A DNA stretch of 64,000 bases from Verrucomicrobia bacterium UBA3783 (lineage in GTDB: Bacteria > Verrucomicrobiota > Kiritimatiellia > RFP12 > UBA1067). The notes beneath the pieces are model-generated. The model worked only from the letters and a program-made list of their open reading frames with translations. It made no database searches and had not been told where the DNA came from. Positions 28,123 through 35,794 of this stretch are shown one piece after another (position 1 is the stretch's first letter; each line of letters begins with the position of its first letter). Both the position numbers and the translations under genes were made by a program. The stretch is from positions 2,762 through 66,761 of the forward strand of contig DFFF01000009.1 of the NCBI GenBank assembly GCA_002369235.1, read 5' to 3'.

Positions 28123-28225
28123 TCCAGCCTCCTTTTCTTCGTAGTCCAGCCTCCTTTTCTTCGTAGTCTAACCTTCTCGACTTAGAAGTCCCGCTCTCTA
28201 GACTTGGTAGGGCTTATCGCCCCGC
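28116..28225. repeat. 22-bp phased tandem repeat array, locus 2 (5 units, inverted relative to locus 1)
   Basis: TTCGTAGTCCagcctccttttc starts at 28116, 28138 and 28160, with degenerate units at 28182 and 28204. The unit is the reverse complement of the locus-1 unit with a few substitutions. Confidence 0.85.
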
Positions 28226-28253
28226 GACCGCCGCACCCCCGTTCCCTGTTTTA

Positions 28254-28405
28254 ACCACACAGAGGCAAGATGCGCCGCAGAAGCTTTGCTTCGGAGGGTA
28301 GATTCGCCGCAGGCGAACCCGAAGGGTGCGCAAGCATCCGCGAGAAATTTCATATCCTCCCTGTTGGCGTCACAAGTGTCCCCAAACGCTGTGCCTCTGT
28401 GTGGT
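28254..28405. repeat. 152-bp element bounded by a perfect 14-bp inverted repeat
   Basis: ACCACACAGAGGCA at 28254-28267 and TGCCTCTGTGTGGT at 28392-28405. The interior has nested stems (CTTCGG...CCGAAG around TTCGCC-gca-GGCGAA). Confidence 0.55.
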
Positions 28406-28422
28406 CATAATTCCGGCGCGAT

Positions 28423-28448
28423 GACCCCATCGCGCCGGATGACTTCGC
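28423..28448. repeat. 24-nt palindromic element, copy B (intergenic)
   Basis: CCGGCGCGATG-accc-CATCGCGCCGG, a perfect 11-bp stem. The 24-nt core is identical to 27182-27205. Confidence 0.8.
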
Positions 28449-28474
28449 AATCTAAAAATACCTAAAAAACCCTA

Positions 28475-28504
28475 TTGACTTGCGGAGAGCAATTATGATA
28501 TAAT
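28475..28504 (+). promoter_or_regulatory. sigma-70-type promoter of the tRNA cluster
   Basis: cctaTTGACT-18 nt-TGaTATAAT. The -10 ends 24 nt before tRNA-Gly. The string gatataatatgcgaca is identical to the secDF promoter at 47435. Confidence 0.65.
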
Positions 28505-28527
28505 ATGCGACATCTGCACGAGATAAG

Positions 28528-28603
28528 GCGAGCTTAACTCAGTTGGTAGAGTGCCACCTTGCCAAGGTGGTTGTCGAGGGTTCGAGTCCCTTAGCTCGCT
28601 CCA
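28528..28603 (+). tRNA. tRNA-Gly (GCC)
   Basis: I folded the cloverleaf by hand. Acceptor GCGAGCT/AGCTCGC, anticodon stem CCACC/GGTGG, loop TTGCCAA, T-loop GGTTCGAGTCC, encoded CCA. Confidence 0.93.
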
Positions 28604-28627
28604 ACTTTTCCCGGCAGAGTGGTGAAT

Positions 28628-28703
28628 GGGAGCGTAGCTCAGCTGGTAGAGCAAGTGACTCTTAATCACTGGGTCCAGGGTTCGAATCCCTGCGCTCCTA
28701 CCA
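28628..28703 (+). tRNA. tRNA-Lys (CTT)
   Basis: I folded the cloverleaf by hand. Anticodon stem AGTGA/TCACT, loop CTCTTAA, T-loop GGTTCGAATCC, encoded CCA. Confidence 0.93.
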
Positions 28704-28719
28704 TTCAGCCCCACAACTT

Positions 28720-28795
<76 letters not shown>

Positions 28796-28921
28796 AATCC
28801 CGCCAATCCCAATAACAATGAAACGTGCAATTCGTATTGACAATTGCGCATTTCTTTTGGCATGAAAATGATAAAATATATTGCACGTTTCAGAATTGCG
28901 AGGGGTGAACGATGACGATGC

Positions 28922-29188
28922 TTGGATGCAAAGGCTGGAAAAATGATAATTTTGATCCCGCGAAGGAATCAATTTATGCTATACTATAATCCCCACAAAA
29001 CAGGCATACTCGCCTATTTTGCAGATCAGTTGACTAATGCGATATGTGAAGGAATCAATGCGATGGTTCAGGCCGCCAAGCGCAAGGCTCGAGGGTTTAA
29101 CACCTATCAGGGCTTTGCGTCCATGATATATCTAGTAGCAGGGAAGTTGCGACTCGGTACGCCAAAACCGTTCTCGCATTTCCACTAG
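28922..29188 (+). pseudogene. C-terminal remnant of an ISL3-like DDE transposase
   Basis: The tail GILAYFADQLTNAICEGINAMVQAAKRKARGFNTYQGFASMIYLVAGKLRL matches, from my memory, the conserved C-terminal end of ISL3-family transposases. The catalytic N-terminal part is missing. AT-rich context directly after a tRNA cluster. Confidence 0.5.
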
Positions 29189-29252
29189 AAGTAGAGTGGA
29201 GCCAAAAATGCGTATAATATGCGCACGTCAACAAAGGAAAGGGCAATGCCAA

Positions 29253-29588
29253 ATGACAACAAGGGAAACGCAAACTCCAAGGCGAGAGTCGCGAATCTCT
29301 AAGGCAGCAAGACCGTGTTGCTTGTTTGCGGCTGCTGTTTTGTCGTCGGCGTTCGCTGCGGCGTGGACATTCACTCCGGGGGAACTTATTCCGCTGGCAA
29401 CAAGAAGCGGCTTCTCTCGAATTGCCAAAGACTATGTCACGGTGAATACCCTTTCGAACGAAACGTTTTCGACACAGACAAGCGACAACAACATGTATTC
29501 GCGCGTAAGCATAGTGCAAGGATCGTTTGTGGCCATAAATGTTGAATTGTCTGCGCCAGCGAGGCAGACGGCGAATATTCAGAACTAG
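29253..29588 (+). CDS. hypothetical small secreted protein
   Basis: Start MTTRETQ has AGGAAAGGG upstream. Hydrophobic segment CCLFAAAVLSSAFAAA. A TATAAT lies at 29213-29218. AT-rich foreign-looking context. No family recognised. Confidence 0.4.
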   Translation: MTTRETQTPRRESRISKAARPCCLFAAAVLSSAFAAAWTFTPGELIPLATRSGFSRIAKDYVTVNTLSNETFSTQTSDNNMYSRVSIVQGSFVAINVELSAPARQTANIQN

Positions 29589-29707
29589 GCGGCGAAGCCA
29601 AGCAGGCGACAGCCGATGGCGAGGCGATTACGCTGGAGGTGGCGCTTGATTGGTCGGATAGCCTCGTGCGTTTCTTCAAGATCAAAGCGACCGATGTCGC
29701 ACCGTAG
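29546..29707 (+). pseudogene. possible orphan 3' gene fragment (no start codon)
   Basis: GC-rich open frame ...DGEAITLEVALDWSDSLVRFFKIKATDVAP* in a different frame from 29253..29588. Composition switches back to host-like here. Confidence 0.3.
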
Positions 29708-29734
29708 GCGGCGGGACAAGGTGGCGGTGTCGGC

Positions 29735-29763
29735 TTGCATTCTCGCGCGATTTTTGGTATAAT
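29735..29763 (+). promoter_or_regulatory. sigma-70-type promoter giving a probably leaderless mRNA
   Basis: TTGCAT-17 nt-TGgTATAAT. The -10 ends at 29763 and the ATG is at 29771, so the predicted TSS falls on or next to the start codon. Confidence 0.55.
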
Positions 29764-29770
29764 TACACGC

Positions 29771-31054
29771 ATGAAACGCGGATTTCAGTGCAGTTGTCTT
29801 CACCTCGCAAAGCTTGGTGTGCTTGCGGCGGCGATATTGTCGACCGGTTCTCTCGCCGGTGAGGGAATAAATCAGGCCGGCGTAGGGCCGGGCAGCGGTG
29901 TCAGGTATGCGACCGACGCCTATCCAGGATTCGATTCCGAGTCCTCGATCATCAAGCCCGAAAAGAAAACGCTTGGCTTCTTCTCATGGTTCACCGGTCC
30001 CAAGATGGATGATGCCGCCGCGCAAATGGCGTGGGCGGACGAACTTGCCGCGGAAGGCAGCACCGGCCGGGCGCGCCGTGCGTATGACGCGCTCGTCAGG
30101 GCGTGGCCTTCGGTGCCGGAGGCCCCGGTTGCGCAGCTCAAGCTCGCGCAGCTCGAAGAGGCCGACGGCGACGCAATCGCCGCCTGCGAGGAATACCGCT
30201 ATCTCATGGATTTCTTTTCGTCGAAGTGCGATTACGACGCCATCGCGCGCAAGAACTACGAGATGTGCGAGAAGATGCGCGAAGACGGCAAGCGTATCGT
30301 GTTCTTCCGTTTCGCGAACACCGTGGACGTGCGCCGCGCCTACGAGGCGCTGGTGCTACGCTGCCCCGGCGCGGAATTCGCACCGCAGGCGATGCTCACG
30401 ATCGGCGCATTGCGCGTCGATGAGGAAAAGTATCCAGAGGCGGTGGCCGTCTACGAGAATCTGCGCAACTTGAGACCGAAATCGACCGAGGCGAGAATCG
30501 CGCTGCACCGCGAAGCGCAAGCAAGAATGCTGCTGGTGGAAGAGCATTCCTACAATCGCGACCGCATTCGCGACACAATCGATTTCCTGCGTTCTGCAAT
30601 CAGGTCGGACTGCACGATCGAGGAGCGCAACGATTACGTCAAGTGGCTGGCCGAGGCTCGCGCCCGGCTGGATACCGCCACTTACATGGGCAACAAGTTC
30701 TACGATTCGCGCACCCGCACCCGCCGCAGCGCAATCAACGCCTACAAGCTTTATCTTGAGGAATACCCTGAAGGCGAACATGCCGAAGAAGCGCGTGCGC
30801 GTCTCGCCGAGCTCGAGGAAGCGGAGAAGAAGGGAATTGGGAACAGGGAATTGGGAATCGGGAACGGGGAACAGGGAATAGGGAACGGAGAACAGGGAAC
30901 GGAGAATATAGAGGAAGCGTTTGAAGTCGCCGAAGATACTCCAGATTGGCTGAACTCGTATATCGAGGAGCGCGAAGCCCTGGAGGAGCAGGCGTTGCAA
31001 AAAGTAATGGAAGACGCCAAGCCTAAATGGTACAAGCTTTGGCTGTCCAACTAG
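29771..31054 (+). CDS. TPR-repeat protein (BamD/YfiO-like region) with a C-terminal heptad-repeat insert
   Basis: Start MKRGFQCSCLHLAKLGVLAAAIL at 29771. TPR-like helices. GIGNRELGIGNGEQGIGNGEQGTENIEE is encoded by a 7-nt DNA repeat. Followed by an LptE-like lipoprotein gene. Confidence 0.65.
   Translation: MKRGFQCSCLHLAKLGVLAAAILSTGSLAGEGINQAGVGPGSGVRYATDAYPGFDSESSIIKPEKKTLGFFSWFTGPKMDDAAAQMAWADELAAEGSTGRARRAYDALVRAWPSVPEAPVAQLKLAQLEEADGDAIAACEEYRYLMDFFSSKCDYDAIARKNYEMCEKMREDGKRIVFFRFANTVDVRRAYEALVLRCPGAEFAPQAMLTIGALRVDEEKYPEAVAVYENLRNLRPKSTEARIALHREAQARMLLVEEHSYNRDRIRDTIDFLRSAIRSDCTIEERNDYVKWLAEARARLDTATYMGNKFYDSRTRTRRSAINAYKLYLEEYPEGEHAEEARARLAELEEAEKKGIGNRELGIGNGEQGIGNGEQGTENIEEAFEVAEDTPDWLNSYIEEREALEEQALQKVMEDAKPKWYKLWLSN
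30833..30909. repeat. heptanucleotide tandem repeat GGAAYNG x11 inside a CDS
   Basis: ggaattg ggaacag ggaattg ggaatcg ggaacgg ggaacag ggaatag ggaacgg agaacag ggaacgg agaatat, in exact 7-nt phase. Confidence 0.8.
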
Positions 31055-31065
31055 GAGAACAGTTA

Positions 31066-31593
31066 ATGAAGAATGTTTGCAATTTCAGGTTTGCCGCCGC
31101 CGTCATGGCGCTTTGTCTGGTGTCTTTGTGCGGCTGCAAGACTTCGTATCAATGGACCAACAAGACGCCGGAGGACATGCGCACGGTGTCGGTTCCGGTG
31201 TTCCGCAACGAAAGCGACGTCACCGAACTTGGCGCGGTGGCGACGCGCCAGATTCTGCGCGAGTTCCAGCGCGAGGGGACGTTCAAGATCCGCGATGTTG
31301 GCGACAGCGCGATTGAGATCCAGGGGGTTGTCAAGAATGTGGGCTCAGGCATCGGCCGCGGATCGCGGGCTTCCGGGCAGCGCCTTTCCAGTTATGAAAT
31401 GTCCGTAACGGCCATAGTGTCGGTAGTGGACAAGAAGCGCGGCAAGGTGCTGATCAACAACAAGAAGTATACGGCAGAGACTTTGATCATGGCCAACGGC
31501 GACATTTTGACCACGAAGCGCGACGCTGGCGGCAGAATCGCCGATCTCCTCGCGCAGAAGATAGTCGACGATGTCGTAGCCATGCAATGGTGA
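31066..31593 (+). CDS. LptE-like outer-membrane lipoprotein
   Basis: MKNVCNFRFAAAVMALCLVSLCGCK (lipobox). VSVPVFRNESDVTELGAVATRQILREF resembles the LptE family core. AGGAGAA SD. Confidence 0.6.
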   Translation: MKNVCNFRFAAAVMALCLVSLCGCKTSYQWTNKTPEDMRTVSVPVFRNESDVTELGAVATRQILREFQREGTFKIRDVGDSAIEIQGVVKNVGSGIGRGSRASGQRLSSYEMSVTAIVSVVDKKRGKVLINNKKYTAETLIMANGDILTTKRDAGGRIADLLAQKIVDDVVAMQW

Positions 31594-31621
31594 TTTACTC
31601 CAACAGGAAAGGGCGGCAGCG

Positions 31622-31927
31622 ATGGCAGAAGTAAGAGCGGTGATAGAACTCAAGATAACTCCGCAGCGCGACTCCGGATTCGGTCGCATTGCGGAGAAAG
31701 TGTCTAAGTTCGAACAGGTCGAAGCGTGCTTTTTGATGAGCGGGGCGTACGACCTTCTCGTGTTCGTCAAGGGCGAGAGCCTGCAAGATGTGGCGCAGTT
31801 CGTGGCGCAGGATCTTTCGACGATCGACGGCGTAATCTCGACGGCGACGCACTTCATGCTCAAGACTTACAAGGCTCCCGGCTCGATGCCGTTTGCGGGA
31901 GACGAGCGGCTTGCGGTTTCGCCGTGA
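31622..31927 (+). CDS. Lrp/AsnC ligand-binding-domain protein (stand-alone RAM-like domain)
   Basis: 101 aa with VEACFLMSGAYDLLVFVKGESLQDVAQFV, typical of the AsnC C-terminal domain. No HTH. Confidence 0.65.
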   Translation: MAEVRAVIELKITPQRDSGFGRIAEKVSKFEQVEACFLMSGAYDLLVFVKGESLQDVAQFVAQDLSTIDGVISTATHFMLKTYKAPGSMPFAGDERLAVSP

Positions 31928-31976
31928 CGCCCGGCAGTTTCAATTCACGCTGACATAAAACCAAGGAGGAACGGAC

Positions 31977-33368
31977 ATGGCGGTAGATTTGGCACAGAAG
32001 GCGCAGAATTTTCAGAATCGCGGTCGTCAGGCTTTGGAATCCGGGAAGTACGAGCTTGCGGTCGACATGCTCATGGAGGCGATCAAGGCGGCGCCGGATG
32101 TCCTCGAGACGCGCAAGCTTCTGCGGGCGGCGCAGATTGCGAATTTCAAGAAGAACGGCAAGACTGGATTCGGCGCCAAGCTCGGCTATATGATAGCGCG
32201 GAGCAAGATTTCCGGGCTGATCAAGAAGGGCCAGGCGGCGGAAGCCATGATGGAGGCGGAGGAGCTTCTGAAGCAAAATCCGCTCGATCCCGACAACATG
32301 GAGTGCGCGGTCAAGGCGGCGGAGGCGGCCGGCAAGGCGGATCACGCGGCGATTACGATCGAAGCGGCATATGAGTGCTCGAACCGCGACCCCGGCCTGC
32401 TCGAGCGCGTCGCCACCTACTACACGATGGCGCAGCGCTGGGACAAGGCGCGCGATGCGTTCCAGAAGCTCGCGGAGATGAAGCCTGGCGATCAGCGCGT
32501 GCTCGCGCTTTTGAAGAACGCGGAGGCGCGTGCGACGATGAGCGCGGGGTGGGAGGCGACCGCCGGCAAGAAGGGCGGCTTCCAGAATCTGATCGCCAAC
32601 AAGGAGCAGGCCAAGAAACTCGATCAGGCGAACAAGGCGGTCATCACCGGGGACGATGCCGAAGCGCTCATCCAGGAGAAACTGGCGCAAATCGCCGCCG
32701 AGCCGAAGAATATGAATGCGCGCCGCGCTTTGGCGCGCCTCTATTCCCAGAACAAGCGATTCGCCGAGGCCGTGCAGACGCTTACCGAGGCAATCGAAGC
32801 GGCAGGCGCAATGGATCCGGAACTCGACCGCATGCTCAGCCAGAACCGCGTCAACTACTACGATCAGCAGATTGCGGAACTGAAGGCCGCCGGGGACGAA
32901 GAGGGTGCCGCGAACATGGAGGCGGAGAAGAACCAGTTTGTCTTCGACGACCTTGCACAGCGCGTCGAACGCTATCCCAACGATTTGCATCTCCGCTATG
33001 AACTCGGGCTTCAGTATTTCACCTACGGCTATTACGACGAGGCGCTAGAGCATTTGCAGCTCGCGCAGAAGTCGCCGAAGGACCGTCTCTGGGCGCTTTA
33101 CTATCTCGCGATGTGCTTCCTCGCCAAGGACCAGATCGATATGGGCGTCATGCAACTCGAGACCGCGCGCGACCAGATACCCACGATGGACGAACTCAAG
33201 AAGAAGATCGTCTACCAGCTAGGTCTCTGCGCCGAAGCCGCAGGCGATCTCGAGAAGGCCTACGCGTACTACAAGGAGGTGTACTCCAACGATGTGGGCT
33301 TCGAGGATCTTGCCGACCGCATGCTCGCGGTCTCGCAGGCATTGAAAGAATCGCAAAATCAGGCTTGA
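31977..33368 (+). CDS. TPR-repeat protein
   Basis: 463 aa of TPR-like helices. AAGGAGGAA SD. Confidence 0.75.
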   Translation: MAVDLAQKAQNFQNRGRQALESGKYELAVDMLMEAIKAAPDVLETRKLLRAAQIANFKKNGKTGFGAKLGYMIARSKISGLIKKGQAAEAMMEAEELLKQNPLDPDNMECAVKAAEAAGKADHAAITIEAAYECSNRDPGLLERVATYYTMAQRWDKARDAFQKLAEMKPGDQRVLALLKNAEARATMSAGWEATAGKKGGFQNLIANKEQAKKLDQANKAVITGDDAEALIQEKLAQIAAEPKNMNARRALARLYSQNKRFAEAVQTLTEAIEAAGAMDPELDRMLSQNRVNYYDQQIAELKAAGDEEGAANMEAEKNQFVFDDLAQRVERYPNDLHLRYELGLQYFTYGYYDEALEHLQLAQKSPKDRLWALYYLAMCFLAKDQIDMGVMQLETARDQIPTMDELKKKIVYQLGLCAEAAGDLEKAYAYYKEVYSNDVGFEDLADRMLAVSQALKESQNQA

Positions 33369-33394
33369 CATTTCTGCCGGAATTTTGGTATAAT
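33365..33394 (+). promoter_or_regulatory. sigma-70-type promoter of tRNA-Glu (and possibly dprA)
   Basis: TTGACA-18 nt-TGgTATAAT. The -35 overlaps the stop codon of the TPR gene. The -10 ends 23 nt before the tRNA. Confidence 0.65.
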
Positions 33395-33416
33395 ACGCGC
33401 CAGTTTACAACTCTAC

Positions 33417-33491
33417 GGCCCCATCGTCTATCGGCTAGGACACGAGCTTTTCATGCTTGGTAGAGGAGTTCGACTCTCCTTGGGGCTGCCA
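33417..33491 (+). tRNA. tRNA-Glu (TTC)
   Basis: GGCCCCATCGTCTA... start typical of tRNA-Glu. Anticodon stem CGAGC/GCTTG, loop TTTTCAT, T-arm AGGAG-TTCGACT-CTCCT, encoded CCA. Confidence 0.9.
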
Positions 33492-33499
33492 ATCCGCAA

Positions 33500-34573
33500 A
33501 TGACCGAACGCGAAGCGCATATCGCCTTCAATCTCGCCGACAGGATCGGCTCAGTCGCGCTCGCCAAGATGGTCGCCGCCTGCGGCTCTGCCGCCGCGGC
33601 GTGGAATGCGCTCCCGGCGGAAATGAAAGTTTCGCGCAGCGGCGGGGAAATAGATGTCGCGCGCGAGCTTGCGCTTGCCAAGCGCTATGGAGTGGATATC
33701 ATCACCGCGGTCGATCCCGAATACCCTGCCCGTCTCAAGGATTGCAAGAGTTATCCGCTGTGCCTTTACGTCAAGGGGTCGCTTGAAGCTTTGAAGGGGC
33801 GCACCGTCGCGATCGTGGGTACGCGCAAGCCCAGCCAATACGGGCTTGATCATGCTTTTCTGATCGCCAAAGGTCTCGCCGAGCGCGGCGTCTGCGTCAT
33901 TTCCGGTTTGGCGGTCGGAATCGACGCCGCATCGCACAAGGGTGCGCTTGAAGGCGGCGGCGCGACTATTGGCGTTTTGGGATCCGCCATCGATAAATTC
34001 TATCCCGACGCCAATCGCGGACTGGCGCGCGAGATGATCAAATCGCACGGTGCGGTAATCAGTCAATTTCCGTTCGGGCGATCCTGCGACGCGACTACAT
34101 TCCCGATCCGCAATGAAATCGTGGCGGCGCTTTCCGAGGCGGTCGTGGCGATTGAAGCGCCGGTAAAATCCGGCACGCTCATCACCTGCCGCGACGCGCT
34201 CGACCTCGGACGGCAGGTGATGGCGCTGCCGGGGCGCGTCGATTCCAGGGCAAGCGAAGGATGTCTCGATCTCATCCACGACGGCGCACTTATGATCCGC
34301 AACGCCGATGACATCTGCCGCGACCTCGGAGTCAAAAATCTGCCGCCGCCGGACGAACTCGCCCCCGCCCCTGAATGCGCAGCGCCTCGCTATTCGATCG
34401 AGGAGTCGATCATCATGCGCGAAGTGCCGCTTGACGGAATTTCAATGGAACGCCTCGCCGAAAAAACCGGTCTCGCGCCCGCCAAGGTTTCGGCGCTCTG
34501 CATGGGCCTGAGGCTCAAAGATGCGCTACGCTTCCTCCCCGGCAATCGCGTGGCGTTTCCAAGATCGAAATAG
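33500..34573 (+). CDS. dprA: DNA-processing protein DprA
   Basis: 357 aa with VAIVGTRKPSQYG and ISGLAVGIDAASHKGAL motifs. Confidence 0.9.
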   Translation: MTEREAHIAFNLADRIGSVALAKMVAACGSAAAAWNALPAEMKVSRSGGEIDVARELALAKRYGVDIITAVDPEYPARLKDCKSYPLCLYVKGSLEALKGRTVAIVGTRKPSQYGLDHAFLIAKGLAERGVCVISGLAVGIDAASHKGALEGGGATIGVLGSAIDKFYPDANRGLAREMIKSHGAVISQFPFGRSCDATTFPIRNEIVAALSEAVVAIEAPVKSGTLITCRDALDLGRQVMALPGRVDSRASEGCLDLIHDGALMIRNADDICRDLGVKNLPPPDELAPAPECAAPRYSIEESIIMREVPLDGISMERLAEKTGLAPAKVSALCMGLRLKDALRFLPGNRVAFPRSK

Positions 34574-34588
34574 ATTGAAACCGCACCT

Positions 34589-35674
34589 ATGAAAACTTCG
34601 CAATTTTGGTACCCATTGCCGGAGCGGCTTATTGCGCAACATCCAGTGGAAGTGCGCGGAACCGAGAAAATGATGGTGCTCCATCGCGACACCGGAGTTC
34701 TCGAACACAAGCATATCGCCGACTTCCCCGATTACATAACCGCAAACGATCTTCTCGTCGTAAACGACACCAAGGTATTTCCGGCGCGACTGCTTGGTTC
34801 ATGGGAGGATTCCGGGGGCGCCTTGGAAGTTCTCATGATCAATGCCGCTCCAGAGTCGGAGACTGTGAAAGAACTCGTGTGGAATTGCATGATCGGATCT
34901 GGACGCAAATGTCGCGAAGGGCAGATCGGCGTGTTCGGTCCTGGCAAGGAACTTAAAGTGAAACTGCTTGCGCCCTTGACCGGAATCGGGATGTGGAAAG
35001 TCGAATTCATTTGCGAGCGGCCGCTGATGGAGCTTCTTGACGAATTCGGCCATACCCCCGTTCCGCCGTATGTCAAGCGTGAAGGCACTCGTGAAGAAGA
35101 ATTGGCAGACCGCGAACGCTATCAGACGATTTATGCGCGCCATGTAGGCAGCGTGGCGGCACCGACGGCGGGATTGCATTTTACCGAAGAGATTTTCCGT
35201 CGGCTCGACGAGAAGGGCGTCAAGCGTGTCGCGGTCACGCTTCATGTGGGACCGGGAACTTTTCGGCCCGTCAAGGCGGAAAACATCGAAGACCACCAGA
35301 TGGATTTCGAGGCGTTCACGGTAACGCCCGATGCCGCGGCGGCGATCAACGAGTGCCGTGTGCGCGGCGGCAGGATTTTCTGTTGCGGTTCGACCACGGT
35401 CCGCACGCTTGAAACCGTCGCCAGTCGCGAACGCGCCGAGGGCGACAATGAACTTATCGCCGCCGGCAGTGGGGCTTCGAATATTTTCATCTATCCGCCG
35501 TACAAGTTCAAGGCGTGCGATGCAATGCTTACCAATTTCCATCTTCCGCAATCGACCTTGCTTATGATGACGAGTGCGCTCGCCGGTCGTGAACGGATGC
35601 TTTGCGCATACGCAATGGCAGTCCGCGCAAATTACAGATTCTTCTCTTACGGCGATTGCATGTTGATCGTTTGA
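34589..35674 (+). CDS. queA: S-adenosylmethionine:tRNA ribosyltransferase-isomerase
   Basis: 361 aa with YPLPERLIAQHP, VAAPTAGLHFT and the FFSYGDCMLI end. Confidence 0.95.
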   Translation: MKTSQFWYPLPERLIAQHPVEVRGTEKMMVLHRDTGVLEHKHIADFPDYITANDLLVVNDTKVFPARLLGSWEDSGGALEVLMINAAPESETVKELVWNCMIGSGRKCREGQIGVFGPGKELKVKLLAPLTGIGMWKVEFICERPLMELLDEFGHTPVPPYVKREGTREEELADRERYQTIYARHVGSVAAPTAGLHFTEEIFRRLDEKGVKRVAVTLHVGPGTFRPVKAENIEDHQMDFEAFTVTPDAAAAINECRVRGGRIFCCGSTTVRTLETVASRERAEGDNELIAAGSGASNIFIYPPYKFKACDAMLTNFHLPQSTLLMMTSALAGRERMLCAYAMAVRANYRFFSYGDCMLIV

Positions 35675-35707
35675 TCGCACTGCGGCCAAAGGGACGACCG
35701 CCTTATT

Positions 35708-35731
35708 GCCCAGCGCGTTCCGCGCCTGGGC
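35708..35731 (+). terminator. GC-rich hairpin after queA (weak terminator candidate, no T-tract)
   Basis: GCCCAGCGCG-ttc-CGCGCCTGGGC with one bulge, followed by GATAAAAAC. Confidence 0.3.
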
Positions 35732-35794
35732 GATAAAAACTTCATAAACACGCAAAAATTCGATTGATTGAAAATCGAAAAATGAAATACCCTA

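Noticed and set aside
28301-28353. A minus-strand small ORF inside the IR-bounded element (MKFLADACAPFGFACGE...).
   Set aside because: The GGGAGGA lies only 1 nt from the ATG, which is bad spacing. The ORF runs out through the inverted repeat and the array. Composition suggests structure, not coding.
28950-28962. gatcccgc as an att-type direct repeat of the tRNA-Phe T-arm.
   Set aside because: Only 8 nt match, which is expected by chance. No longer repeat of the tRNA 3' end was seen downstream.
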